Positions 40,762-53,355 of a stretch of 64,000 nt of DNA are shown one piece after another. Positions within the stretch are counted from its first letter, which is position 1; every line of letters starts with the position of its first letter. A program made the translations under genes and the position numbers. The notes below the pieces were generated by a model. It was not told the DNA's origin, made no database searches, and was given only the letters and a program-made list of their open reading frames with translations. This stretch comes from the human T2T-CHM13v2.0 reference genome, Homo sapiens. The DNA lies in assembly GCF_009914755.1 (NCBI RefSeq), contig NC_060945.1; one strand, 5' to 3'.

Positions 40762-43411
40762 AGTTAATAGATGCCTGGTAGAGATCTGACACAAAAATAT
40801 TAAAACTTGTAATCAAGTGGATCTGACTATTAATTAACTGTGAAGAGTGAAGGTAATAGAGTCTGAAAAACTTCAAATGAATGACTTGCCAGGTAATAGA
40901 GCAAAGGGCCAGACTGGGAGGGGTTGAGCAATAATACATTCAGCTTTGCCCATGTTACACCCAGTCACATTCTTCTTCTTACTTAATTTCTCAGACCAAA
41001 ACCTTGGGCACATCCTTGCTTTTTCTTTCTCAGTTACAACACTCTGAAGAATATCAAGTATGATTACATTCCAAGTCAAGGATACATCTTGTCACCTTCA
41101 CCAATGCATCTTAGTCTTCAAACTGTCATCAGTTGCAAACCGATAAAGCATGTGTGTGTTAATGTTCTGCCCTTTACCATGAAATCAATATTGTTGGAGC
41201 TTGTTGAATGAGAAAAGTACTAATGGAAGATGATGTCAGAAAGACAAGATTGAGCATGAGTTGGCTTTGCAGGCTATAGTAAATCATTTGGAATTTATTT
41301 TATATTTCAAAAGAAGTTACTGAAGTCCTTTCACTAGCCAAGCAAAGCATCTGATGATGTTTTTCAACAAATGCTGCTGTCTGGAGAACTGAATGTAGGA
41401 TGGCAAGGATAAATATAGCTAGAAAACTCTTTCTGTAATGTAAACATGAGGCTGGTAATTCTTTTTCCTTTGTCAAATCAAACTCATTCCAATCAAGGCA
41501 CCGTCCTTGTTTATTTATTTACCTAGACGGTCTTTTCCTCAGAGTTTCATGTCTTGTCAATAAGATGTAGGACATATCAAGATCAAAGAGTTCTTCTTTC
41601 AGCATATCCTTCCAAAAGTAGCTTTTTGTCTTGTCATACATTGACCGATATTTTTCCTTTGAATTTTCAAAGCACAGAGCACTCTAAGGAGTTAAATTAT
41701 TTACTTAATTGTTTCTATTCCACATTTTCCCATTAGAAATGTAAGGCATCTGAGGATAGAAAATATATTTTTCTTACTGACATCATATTCCTAATGTTCA
41801 GCGTAGTACTTGGAGTGAGATTTGTATTCATCATGTTTGTAAATTAGCTAATGAAAATAAAATAAGACATAATTTAAAATTTGGGAGATATTTGCTTGGA
41901 GAGAAAAATTGAAGGAGATTTTCTAAAATGAAGATACTGCTTTAGACTTGATGAGGGGGAAATTTTTGACATCCATCATCAATTTATGGATTTACAGTAA
42001 ATTAAATTATCTTTTAAAACATAGCAGAAAGTAAATCATCATCTTTAATAAAGAAGGGAAATTGAAGGAAACATGTCTCCATTGAGTATTAGACATTCTG
42101 TGAGGTACTTAATATATTTAAACTCATGCAAATCTCCAAGAGCCATGACTTTAAAAAAAATTCAGTTATTAATAAAATATTTATGTTTAAAGCATGAAGA
42201 GTTATATTTGTTAAAATCCATGTACTTATAGAACAATGAAAAAATCATGTGTAAAACACACAACATTCGGTGTACTCAGTTTTGACAAATATTTATCTTC
42301 TTTAGCATTGAAAATAGGAATGTAATTTGCATTTGGAAAAATATTTCTCGGATATATTGGTCACTAAACAATGAAATAACATGTCATGGTTGTTTTATGT
42401 TTACCTGTCTTGCAAAAAGCTAGATTTGACTAATAATAAAAATGTCCACTGTTAAAATGCCTGCAGAAACACTTTTCACATTAAATTATAACCAGATACT
42501 CACGTTCACATTGCCAGGGCATCAATAAAACAATTCCAAGTTTATAGCACAGAGGTACATTGTACCCAGTGTTGTTATTGTGACATATTGTGCTGCCTTG
42601 TGCTGTGTCATATTGTAATTCAGACATTAACATATGTGACTACCACTCTTTATGTAGAAAATACAGTGTTCTCATTTGTTCCAAAAATTGTAATATGCAT
42701 ATTTCAAACTACAAAATATATCTATTTTCACGGTAGTATCAATTATTTATTGAGCTTCTTCATAATATACTAGTAAGCATATTTTAAATTAAGTTGTGAA
42801 AATAATGAATAAATAAATAAAATAAAGAAAGAGCTGCAAGTTGCTGAGATTCTGGGACATGTGAATATGTTATCTCAGTAAAGCATGGCCTGTGCAGTAT
42901 TACTCCAGTTCCTTTCTATTTATGTTCCTCAGACTTGATTTTTTTAAGCTTTAAAATAATTAGTTTAAATATTTTGTCAAACTTTAGAAAACACTTCTTA
43001 TAGACAAATTGTTGGACAAAGAAAGGAACAATAAGAAGCTGTGGGAAGTAAAAGTAATATTTTGGGAGTCAAAATTGTCATTTCTCTGTGCTAAGATTGA
43101 AGATGTATACACATTATCGTCAGCATTCACACACTCACTCACACACACACACGCAATTTGTACCTTAAAATACTATACAAAATAAAATTGGTGCCTAGGA
43201 AGAGATATAGAGTTCAAACATAATTCTCCCATAAATACATCCCCATTACTATTTTAAATATGAACTCTCAGGAGGATTATAGTGTTGGGGAAAAATGTCA
43301 AATCAGCAGGTGAGCTGTTGAACTTTCAACTCATTATTAAATAAAACCAGTTTTGGTTTTTATGTGTTTCACACTTTGTTCATCCATAATTCCCTTTGAA
43401 CTAGGGGTTGT

Positions 43412-43573
43412 GGGACTGTTGTGGGATGGGGGGAGGGGATAGCATTAGGAGATATACCTAATGTTAAATGACCAGTTAATGGGTGCAGCACACCAACATG
43501 GCACATGTATACATATGTAACGGAACTGCACGTTGTGCACATGTACCCTAAAACTTAAAGTATAATAAAAAAA
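43412..43573 (+). mobile_element. Young L1PA (PA3-5-like) 3' terminal fragment
   Basis: gatagcattaggagatatacctaatg..gcacatgtaccctaaaacttaaagtataataaaaaaa; no TSD seen. Confidence 0.92.
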
Positions 43574-43879
43574 TGAAAAAATAAAATTGAGAAAATCCAA
43601 ATTATTTGTGGAATTCAACATTAACCTAAAAACCGAAAAAAAAGACAATGTAGGATATAACTGAAAGACAAAATGATAAAATCTAATAATCAATATTGTA
43701 TTATCTTTTAGCATAAATTAATAATCTTGAGTAAGGTTGCTAATATATATTTCAAATGATACATTAAGATTTAACAAATAATTAAAATTTTTGGGAAGGG
43801 TTATAGGAAATTTAAATCTATTATTTCTAATTCATTGATACGTTTAATTTAAAAACCTTTAGTCTCTCTACTAATACTT

Positions 43880-44018
43880 CCATTTTAAGAAGGAGATGGA
43901 CACTCATAGAAGTAAAATAATATACCCAATGTTACACAGTTAATTAATTGTTGGAGATATTTCAAAGCAGCTCATAAATGCTTCAGAGTCTATTCTCTTT
44001 GACTACATTACACTGCTA
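43880..44018 (-). mobile_element. MIR fragment
   Basis: ccattttaagaaggaga..cccaatgttacacagttaatt..cttcagagtctattctcttt. Confidence 0.6.
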
Positions 44019-44679
44019 TCAAATTTCATGAAAAATCTCAAAAACTTGTGTTACAGTAATTAATTCAGTTAAATGGATACTTTTATTTTCTCCAAAGTTC
44101 CTTCAACTTTAGAGAGACCAAAGTAATTACATAAGTGAAATATCTGGAAGAGTAAAGAATAAATAATAAAAAATGCTTCAGGAAAGGAATATTTTACTAG
44201 AGTATTTACCATGTCTTTAATTTGTAGTTATCGAACATGAAAATACATGGGAAAGACTTGGAGACCTTTCATAAGAGACCAAATATAAAAGTAATGGAAA
44301 ATATAATATGTAAAGAAAAAGTAGAATTGATAATACCTTGCCTGAAAGGCCTAGACAGATTTAATAACTATCCCAGAACATGTAAATCGTTATGCTTATT
44401 AGAATGGTTCCAGGCATTTTACAGGGGAAGCAACAGAATAAAAGAGCTGTATGGTCTTAAAGAATGAGAAAAAACATCCCCTGCCTCTCCCCTGTAACTG
44501 TATCATTTGATTTGAATTTTTTTATTGCTTCTAGAATTCTTCATAGAACAGTATCTGGAAAAGAATAGTACTATAGATAAGAAAACATATATTACGGTGG
44601 TAATTTTTTAACTACCTGTGTGACATTTTATTGGTCTGAATTTTACGTGCCTCATTTGAAAAGGGATAAAGCTGAACTA

Positions 44680-44850
44680 TAACAATTTCTTTTGATCTTT
44701 TTGAGTCATGGACATTTTGAAAATTTGATTAAAGTTATATCTTCTCTCTATAAAAATGACTTGCACTTTGTATTTTACTTTTAATTTCAGGAATACAATG
44801 ACACCCTGTAGCTCATTCATGAGTATGTCCTAGAGGTTCCTGCTAGTTAA
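44680..44850. mobile_element. hAT-Charlie relic (MER103-like)
   Basis: gagtcatggacattttgaaaatttgattaaagttat..aatttcagg. Confidence 0.4.
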
Positions 44851-45629
44851 ATAATTTTAGATTCAGAGTCTAAAATTGCATACAATTCTAACATTTCCTG
44901 GTCTGCTATATTATCACTATTTGGATGTTTAGATATATTTTTGCTAGTATCTCTTTTTTCTAGTAATAACACAAGCAAAACTTCCCTGTTAAATAATTAA
45001 GCATTGATCAATTTTCTAATAATTTCACTGGAATAAGAGTGAAGAAATTCAGTCTACTTTTACATTGACTCCTTAAGTGTCTGGCACTGACTTTAACATA
45101 AAACAACACACAGTAATATATTTGAAAAAATCTGTTGCTGAAACATTCATGATAGTTTATCTTGATTAAAAGACTCACTGTATTATGTGTAATTTTAATC
45201 ATTATATCTTTCTCTATTAATTTTTCCATATCCCTTTTAAAATGAGAGCACTGAATAAAATGTCTCCCTTCAACTGTAAGTTTTATGATAAATTGAACTT
45301 AAAATTTCAGAATCCCTCTCATGTACACATTTAATCAATGTAGTCTGGATCTTATTTATTCAGTTTAACCCCTCATTTTTAAAAAAATGTTCACTCTCCT
45401 ATTTTCAATGACATCATGTTATTATATACTTATTACATAATCGGTTTATTTTATTCCTTTAGAGCTACTTATCCTCCTTTTGTTTCCCAATTTGACGCAT
45501 TCCAAGAGCTCCGTTTTTGAGTATTGCTTCTTTTGGCCTTTTTCTTTCCCTTAGAGATTTTATTCATTCTCATTTTTGTTCCAACGTTCTACATTTATTT
45601 TGTCAGCCTTGTTTTTGTGCTTTACTTCT

Positions 45630-46070
45630 AGAACTAAGAACTCAGTAAACTGCCAAAATAAATAATCAAATATCCCTGTGGCTTAACACAGCAAACGTAT
45701 ATGTTTTGCTCTTCCTACATCCAATGTAAATTTGCTAAACATGCAACTCTCTAGGACGGCGCTTTTTAAAGAACTGAGATACAGGATATAGGTATTCCAT
45801 TAAGTGGTTCCAACATCCTTCAAAAATATGGAGCTCTCCACAGACTCATTTCCACCTTTCCAGCCTTCAAGAGGAAAGAGGGAAAAAGAAAATTTAGGTA
45901 ATAGACCAGGAAGAGAGATGCCTCATCTCTGCCCATATTTTATCAGCCAAAACTTGATCCCATGGTTTCATCTTTCTACAAGATGGTGGTTGTAGGCCAG
46001 AAAAGAATAGTTTAGCTTTGTGTATAGGATTGAAAAAATGACTTGGTGAGCACTTTGGAGACTCTGCATT
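45630..46070 (-). mobile_element. Old MLT1 (J/K/L-like) LTR
   Basis: tgtggcttaacacagcaaa..tctgcccatattttatcagccaaaact..ttggtgagcac. Confidence 0.6.
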
Positions 46071-46631
46071 GCAGTGCTTCATCATCCTTTAATTAAATCA
46101 TTTCCTTCCCATATTGGTTGTCTCTGAATTAGTGCACCTCTTTTATTATTTTAATATGTTCTCAGCAACTGGCCTTCTCCATCCATTCTGCATTATGGCC
46201 AAACACTTCCTTTGGCTTCTCTCTGTTTGTTTCATACACACTAGTCTCCCTGGATAATTCCAAACTGGAAATATAGAGGAGCTCCTTGACTGAAAGACCT
46301 GTACCTCAATGACTGAAGTCCTCTGTAGTACCGAGCACATGTATGTGCTCTTCCATTACACTTTCATTTTCTTCAGTTTCAATCAGCCTTCTGGGTTTAT
46401 CAAAGGCCTTGGTGAAGGACCATTTGATACCTTTGCCTAAATCTTAGAAGGGAAATGTGCCTTGATAAAAGAAGGGTCAAAATGAAGAAGAACATTGTAT
46501 TATGGAAATTAGGGCTAATCTTAATCACTGGATCCTTTAAAGTACAGAAATACCTTCTTACAAGGTAATCAAAGGTAACTAATAAATAGAGATAGCTCTG
46601 TTCCTCAGTTCTGCATTTTAGCAACAACCAT

Positions 46632-47445
46632 GCTGAACAAGATGGTTTTAATGTTCTTTTCAGCTTGACTAAATCTTGGACAGACTTCTTTCTGATTCTA
46701 AGACCCTAAACTCTCATTTCTTAAAGCATATAGTTTTGACAACATGTAATTGCAAGTTCTTCCTCTGCTTCTTTGAGATTTCAAGCTGTTTCAAAAGGAC
46801 TGTCTTTTTCAAGGACCTGGGAGCCTTCCCTTTGAAATGTAATCATTAAGGAAGATAGAGCCCCCATCTCCCAGTCTCTATCTGAGCACAGAAGCCTAAA
46901 TCTAAGTTGTAAATTTTCCTTCAGTCATAAAAAGAGAGTTTACATTCTGCAAATAATAAGCCATTATTCTAAGTGAATCAACGCAGTAACAGAAAGCCAG
47001 ATACAGCATGTTCTTACATATAAGTGGGAGCTAAACACCAAATACATGTGGACATAAAGATGGAACCCTACAGACTACTAGAGGGAGGAAGGAGGAAGAG
47101 AGGAATGGGCTGAAAAATTACCTGTGGGGTACTATGCTCACCCGCTGGGTGATGAGATCATCAATACTAAAACCCAGCATCACACAATATACCCATCTAG
47201 CAAACCTGCACGTGTACCTGCTGAATCTAAAATAAAAGTTGAAATTATATTTCCTTTGAATGAGGCTAATTTGAAAACACACACGGCTTATAATCTACCA
47301 CCCCAGCTCTTCAAAACTCTCCAGGCTTTTGCTGCAGCAGAGTTCAGTCCATACTGCCTTTTGTTTTATCTTCCCTGTTGCAATAGTCTTGAATAAAATC
47401 TTCCTTAGCGTTTTTATTTTGTCAGGTTTAATTTTTCCTTGAGAC
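46632..47445 (+). mobile_element. MER67-like ERV1 solo LTR, split by an L1 fragment
   Basis: cagcttgactaaa..caaggacctgggagccttccctttgaaatgtaatc..ctcccagtctct; 3' gcaatagtcttgaataaaatcttcctt. Confidence 0.75.
46958..47248 (+). mobile_element. L1PA15/16-like 3' end
   Basis: ataagtgggagctaaac..ggtactatgctcac..acaatatacccat..caaacctgcacgtgtacc..aatctaaaataaaagttgaa. Confidence 0.88.
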
Positions 47446-47643
47446 TATCTGGGGACTTTCCTAATTCTTGGTGCTTCAGACTTCCTGAATTCAGTTCAGA
47501 CTGCCTTTTGTTTTCTTTCCTGTTGCAATAGTCTTTTGCAACAAGAAAGATAAATCTTCCTTATCTTTCTAACTATGTACCTTTTAATTTCCCTCGACAC
47601 TACTTGGGGACTTTCCTAATTCTTTGCCCTTCAGACTTCCTGA
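47343..47643. repeat. Two-copy tandem duplication (~150 bp) of LTR 3' end plus flank
   Basis: 47343-47488 and 47490-47643 share actgccttttgtttt, cctgttgcaatagtctt, tggggactttcctaattctt, cttcagacttcctga. Confidence 0.92.
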
Positions 47644-48167
47644 TTATATACTCTGCTCCTGCCTCTGCAGAAATAGTCTTTTCTTATTTTTTTTACCTTT
47701 CCAGAAACAGAACTTAAGTTCTCCCACCTTGTTTGCCTCCTCTTTCTGTGGCCCTTGTCTTTGTAAGACTCTGACCAATGGCTTCATTAACTTTAACTTC
47801 ATATATTTTCTATTTTGGACTAAGTGTCCTTCCTGGCCTGCTGCTTCCACAGGTGATGGATTAGGTGCGTGGGTTCAGCTTCCTTATTGTAAGATCTTTT
47901 CTTTCCTTTCCCACATTTGTAGACACACTTGTTGCAAATATTCTTCTACTTAGCACATTTATCTTACCTGTTTTGTCCTATTTTCTTTAGATTCCTGAGC
48001 CTTTACTTAATATTTTCCTGAATTAAAAATGGAAATGTGCGTATCAACTATCAGAGATGCTGGAACATAAAAAGTAATAAAGTGAAGCTATTTGTGGGCT
48101 ATTACTTCACTGAGTTGGATTCTTCTCTTATTCCCACTGAGTATTTCAGTGGATTTCTGAACTGAAG

Positions 48168-48248
48168 AATAAACTAATCCATAATTCATATGAACTAATG
48201 AATAAACTCATTCATAATTCATAACCTAATAAACTAATTCATAATTCC
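48168..48248. repeat. Three-copy short degenerate tandem repeat
   Basis: aataaact(a/c)at(c/t)cataattc three times with short spacers. Confidence 0.8.
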
Positions 48249-51184
48249 CATGATACATTGCAACAAGAAGAATTCCTTTCATCTTTTAACTTTTTGTGTT
48301 ACCGCATTTACTACAGGTTTTCCATCTCCAGACATGCTTACTTTACAAGTTGCAATTTTTGAATGCAGGCAGAATAAGATATATTGATGAGGGGAAAAAA
48401 GAGGGAGCGAGATATCAAGATGGACTACAAAAAGTATTATATCCTCCCTACAAAATAAGTATCTCTGTTGTGGAAGAATAAGTACACAGTTTTAAGGTAG
48501 ACTTTGGGTCTTTAAGACAAGTACTAAAATTTATGTTTTTTTTTTATTCAGTCCTGCTGATGGTCAGGTTTTCTCAGAAAACATAATGATGTAATGTATC
48601 AATCCAGATCCATTGATCAAGCTGAACTCTTTCATGATTATTTTTTGTTATGAAAAAAATGAATTATTCTGCACAGAGAGAGAATATTATAACAATCTTC
48701 CAAATATACATCATTCAAATGATAAACAGTCTTCTAAACTTGTTTGATATCTTTTTAATACCTTCTTTGTTTCCTCACATGTTTTTTTCTTTTGGTGATA
48801 AAATGTCTCAAAAATATCTCAGACTTTATGGCCTTCCACTTTTCATATGTAAATGTAATGTCATCATCATGCATAGCTAAAAATGTATAATAATTCCTTA
48901 ATATCCAATCTATACAGTAAACTTTTGATAGAATTTAAGTTTTTTCAGAGGTTGGTGCAAGGTGATTTAAATCGAGATGTTTAGAGTTCTAATGAGGGCA
49001 ATGTCTGTTTTGTTTGACAGCCAGGGTGAATCATTTTTTAGCATCCTCCTTGTCTATAGGACAACATTATTTTCTGGGCTATTAATAAGATGAAATAAGT
49101 GTGAATTATGGCAAAAAATTTGCAGGGTGAGAATTTTATGTTTCTGAATTTCATATATGTAGAATTATGAAAGAAAAATTCAAAAAAATATAAAATCTGA
49201 AAGGAAAATAATGGATAGTTTTTAATTGCAATATCTTTTTAAAAAGGAAAAATATATGATGTACGGATTTGTTATATTTATAAATATTACATTTTTTTTC
49301 AGCCTTAACTTATGTGAATTTATCAATCACTTTATCAAAGTTGATCTTCTTCATGTCCTATAGCTATTATAACCAGATTCATCCTTCTTCTTTCTCTCCT
49401 TGTTGGTGAAAGAATACTTATTATTAATTTTAGTTTTGAAAATGTTCTATTACACGAAGAAACAAGGAACACAAATTATTAACAAAAGTCTTCAATATAA
49501 AGATGAGTTTTGCAGAAGTTTATAAATATCCTATTTGAAATACATATTATAATGTTGTTTTCTTTCTTGCTCTTACAAAATTTCCCATAAAACATCTTCA
49601 ACAGAAAATACACCATGAATTTTAATGATATTTATTAAAATATTGTTACTTTTTTGTCTTTTATAAAAATTGTAGAAACAGCTGAATAATAACAAATATT
49701 GGCATTATTAATTCATCAATTTAGAATGAGTATCCATTTATTAAAGAGAACAATCTAGGCAATAAACCATCCCACTTTTAAAAATCTTTGACTATATAAG
49801 ATGAGCACCTTTTTCAGTTCTCTTGGTCTTCTTCTTAGCAACTTGATTCTACTTTTCTTTGGAAGGATCCATTCCCTTAATGTTGTGGCTGCACAATGTC
49901 CTACTCCACAGTTTCCATGTACTAATTTTCAAAGATTGATTTCAGCTTAGTGGTCCACTGTATATTTTTTTCAAGACTAATTCTGGCTACTTGCAAATAT
50001 ATTTGGCTTCTCATTAACCTCATTTAAATCTTTACATTAGGGGAAAAAGATAACTCATAAAAGAAAAATTGCATACAGTTCTTGCACACAGAATTATGCA
50101 ATTATTTTGGGGTTAAAGATACAAGATGAATTTAAGGAAGGTCAAACAATTATGAATTCTTACAAATTTCCTCTCAAGATGAAAATGTGTAGGTGAATCT
50201 CCTTGCATTCGGGGTTGACTATATAACTAGGGATTCTTTGAATTAAATTTCCCATAGAATATAATGTTGATTAAATGATAAGTAATACAAACTTCCAAGT
50301 TGTAACTGACAGATGTATTATTAAAACAACATTAATCACAGCAATTGTTTATAACTTAGGCTAACAAATATATCTTCTGATATGTTTTAGCATTGTCAGC
50401 TAGTATGAAAATAAGAAACAGACATTTAGTCAGTTTCATTATTGTTTTAAATTTCTCCACATAAAATATACCCCCTTATTGCCTATACCCAGAGTAGACT
50501 ACTAGTATTCTACTACCTCCTACTAATCTACTCTTGGCATACAATCGGATGAGGGTCCATAAGCCTTCCCTTGGTTTTACTGTGAGAAACTAGGAAAGAC
50601 TGAATTAGGACGGCTAGTGGGTGTCTCATCAGCTCTTGTAAAACTTCCTGTTGCTGTCTTGAATCTCTCCTGCATTAAGTCCACTTCTTACACTGAACCT
50701 AGACTTTGAAAAACACAAATCTGTTCACAAATCTTCTAGTCACTTCCCTCTGCCTGGAGCAAAAAGTTTTGAACTCCTTAGCACAGTATCTCCCCTGACT
50801 TCTCAACTCCTTACACTAAATCTCCACTTACTCCCTCCCCTACCAAGCACAATCCTTCCGTCTGCCAGAACCCACCAAGTTCATTCATATCGATGAGTCT
50901 TTGCATGGGCTGCTGGCTTTCATTTACTAAGAAACTTCCTAATTTTGTGGCAGGGCTAAGAAAATTATTTTTCAAATTTAAGACTCAGAAAAGACTCCTA
51001 TTTGAGGAAATTCTTGATTCATATCACATAGAATACTTTTATCTGGGTCCACAAATTTAGAATCATTTCCTATTCTGCTTTAAATCTTTAGTATGAAGAA
51101 TATGTATACCACATGTGCAAGAAATGCTTTTTGTTTCAAAAAATATGAAATGGGATTCTGTTCAAGCAAAACACATTTAGATTT

Positions 51185-51543
51185 TTTGAGGGTATTCTTT
51201 TTTTTTTATTATACTTGAAGTTTTAGGGTACATGTGGACAATGTGCAGGTTTGTTACATATGTATACATGTGCCATGTTGGTGTGCTGCACCTATTAACT
51301 GGTCATTTAACATTAGGTATATCTCCTAATGCTATCCCTCCCCCCACCCCACAACAGGCCCCATGGAATACTATGCAGCCATAAAAAATGATGAGTTCAT
51401 GTCCTTTGCAGGGACATGGATGAAGCTGGAAACCATCACTCTCAGCAAACTATCGCAAGGACAAAAAACCAAACACCGCATGTTCTCACTCATAGGTGGG
51501 ATTTGAACAATGAGAACACATGGACACAGGAAGGGGAACATCA
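51185..51543 (-). mobile_element. 5'-inverted (twin-primed) L1PA insertion
   Basis: Minus-strand L1 3' end 51198-51362 joined to plus-strand upstream L1 segment 51361-51543; 16-bp TSD aaacacatttagattt at 51169-51184 and 51543-51558. Confidence 0.93.
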
Positions 51544-51844
51544 AACACATTTAGATTTGTATAAAAACTTTCAGAGGTTATTTCAACATGAAAATCAGTA
51601 ACATCAAAAATGACTTTAGAAATGTTTTAAATATATAAGACTCACCTACTATCTTGAAAAGCTTATTTGCTATATTCTGGCTGTGCTAAATAACAGTATT
51701 CCTTCCAACTTTCTGTATCTCCCTATATTTTTATTCATTTTTATTGCCTGTTTCTTATCATTTTCTATGTATCTGTGTTTACAGGTATATAAATAATGAG
51801 TTCCTAGAAAGGAGAAATATTCCTTTTCTTTTTGAGTAAAATAA

Positions 51845-52050
51845 TAAAATATTTAGAGATGACGTGATCTAACCTATGAGATTTGCTTTAAAATAATATG
51901 CTAGAGCATAAGTGGATGAGGGTATAAATGAAACAAGATTAATTTTGTGTTGACATTTATCAAAGCTGTGTGAGAGATCCGTGGGGATCCATTATATAAT
52001 TTTGCACATGATTAAAATTTTTCATAATACAAAGTTTTTTTAAAAAAATA
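51845..52050 (+). mobile_element. L1ME-like 3' end
   Basis: gagatttgctttaaaataat..ggtataaatgaaacaagatt..aaaattttcataata. Confidence 0.65.
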
Positions 52051-52659
52051 AAATGGGTGTATATGTGTGGATGTATGCATGCATACATCACAAATTATGG
52101 GAAATTTACATAATATAAAGGTAATACACACACACATACACATACGAAGAGAGAGAGAAAAAAAGAGAGAAAGAAAGTGCACAAGTGCAGTTTTGTGCCT
52201 AGAATTATGCTCATGACTGCAAAATTCATCATGGCTAGTACAGTGTCAATGAACAAAATCTTAGAAATCTTCAAAAATGGAGATATATACATCTTCACTA
52301 CTATTTTACTTTTGTCCTCAAAACCTGTATGTTTAACTAAATCCAGGTTTAGAAAAAGAGCTTAGTCCTAAGTAGGGTGGAATTGATACAATGTGAATGA
52401 GTATATAACTTAATCTACATTCAGTATAAAGTATTTTAAAGACCCCTAATGTGCACAGTGTACTTTTGCTATGTGCTGAGTTCATAGTTGATGTCACAAG
52501 ATGATAGGCTGGAAACCCAAGGAGTTCACAGAATGGTGGCACTGAAGGCATTTGCAGTCCTCCTGTCGCTTTCTCCAGAAAATATTTTCAGCATTTGCTA
52601 GTCCAACCTTGTGTGTATCTCCATCATTGTAGTGTCCTCATTGTGTTAGAGTTGTATTA

Positions 52660-52738
52660 TGAGTTTGGTACAAAAGTAGTTGTGGTTTTTGCCATTGAAA
52701 GTAATGGAAAAACCTCAAGTACTTTTGCAACAACCTAA
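52660..52738. mobile_element. MADE1 (Hsmar1-derived MITE)
   Basis: 79-bp near-palindrome caaaagtagttgtggtttttgccatt gaaagt aatggaaaaacctcaagtacttttgc..aacctaa; TA left, TG right. Confidence 0.92.
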
Positions 52739-52856
52739 TGTAATTAAATAGTTCACCAGAACGTAAAGTCCTTGAAGATAGGGATAATAAATTACATCAT
52801 TTCCACCTTTGTTGCCAAGAGTCTAGTGCATAGTATATTTGCACCAAGATGATTGA

Positions 52857-52892
<36 letters not shown>
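52857..52892 (+). repeat. (ATCT)9 microsatellite followed by TA/CA-rich tract
   Basis: Nine perfect units. Confidence 0.95.
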
Positions 52893-52894
<2 letters not shown>

Positions 52895-53229
52895 ATGCAC
52901 ACACACATATGTATAGATACATACACATATACATATATATACATATATCTATATAAGTATATATAGATATGATGTACCTTAATTTTTTACCTTACACTTT
53001 AGAGATTAGAAAGAATATGTTCAATTGCCTACACCTTCTGTGATTTAAAAATTCAAAATTTTATCACCTATAAACTAGTTATAAATTTTATTGTAACAGC
53101 AATTATTATACTTTCTTAAGTATAACATTTAATTGTTAATTACAGAATATAGAAATTACAGGAAAGAGCATAATAAGGTACTCAAAAGTCAAAAAGGATA
53201 TATATTATACCAACTTGTGTATATATATA

Positions 53230-53355
53230 AGTTTATGCAACAGGGAGAAATATATGTATATATGTATATTTCTCCTTTATGCAACAGGGAGAAATATGTG
53301 TGTGTATATATATACACATATATATGTAAATATATTTCTCCCTGTTGCATAAACT
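53230..53355. repeat. Nested inverted/direct repeat with perfect 26-bp arms
   Basis: 53230-53255 is the exact reverse complement of 53330-53355; 22-bp direct copy at 53276-53297. Confidence 0.95.

Noticed and set aside
48168-48248. CRISPR-like repeat-spacer appearance (also 23941-24003)
   Set aside because: Eukaryotic context, degenerate repeats, spacers short and self-derived, no cas genes
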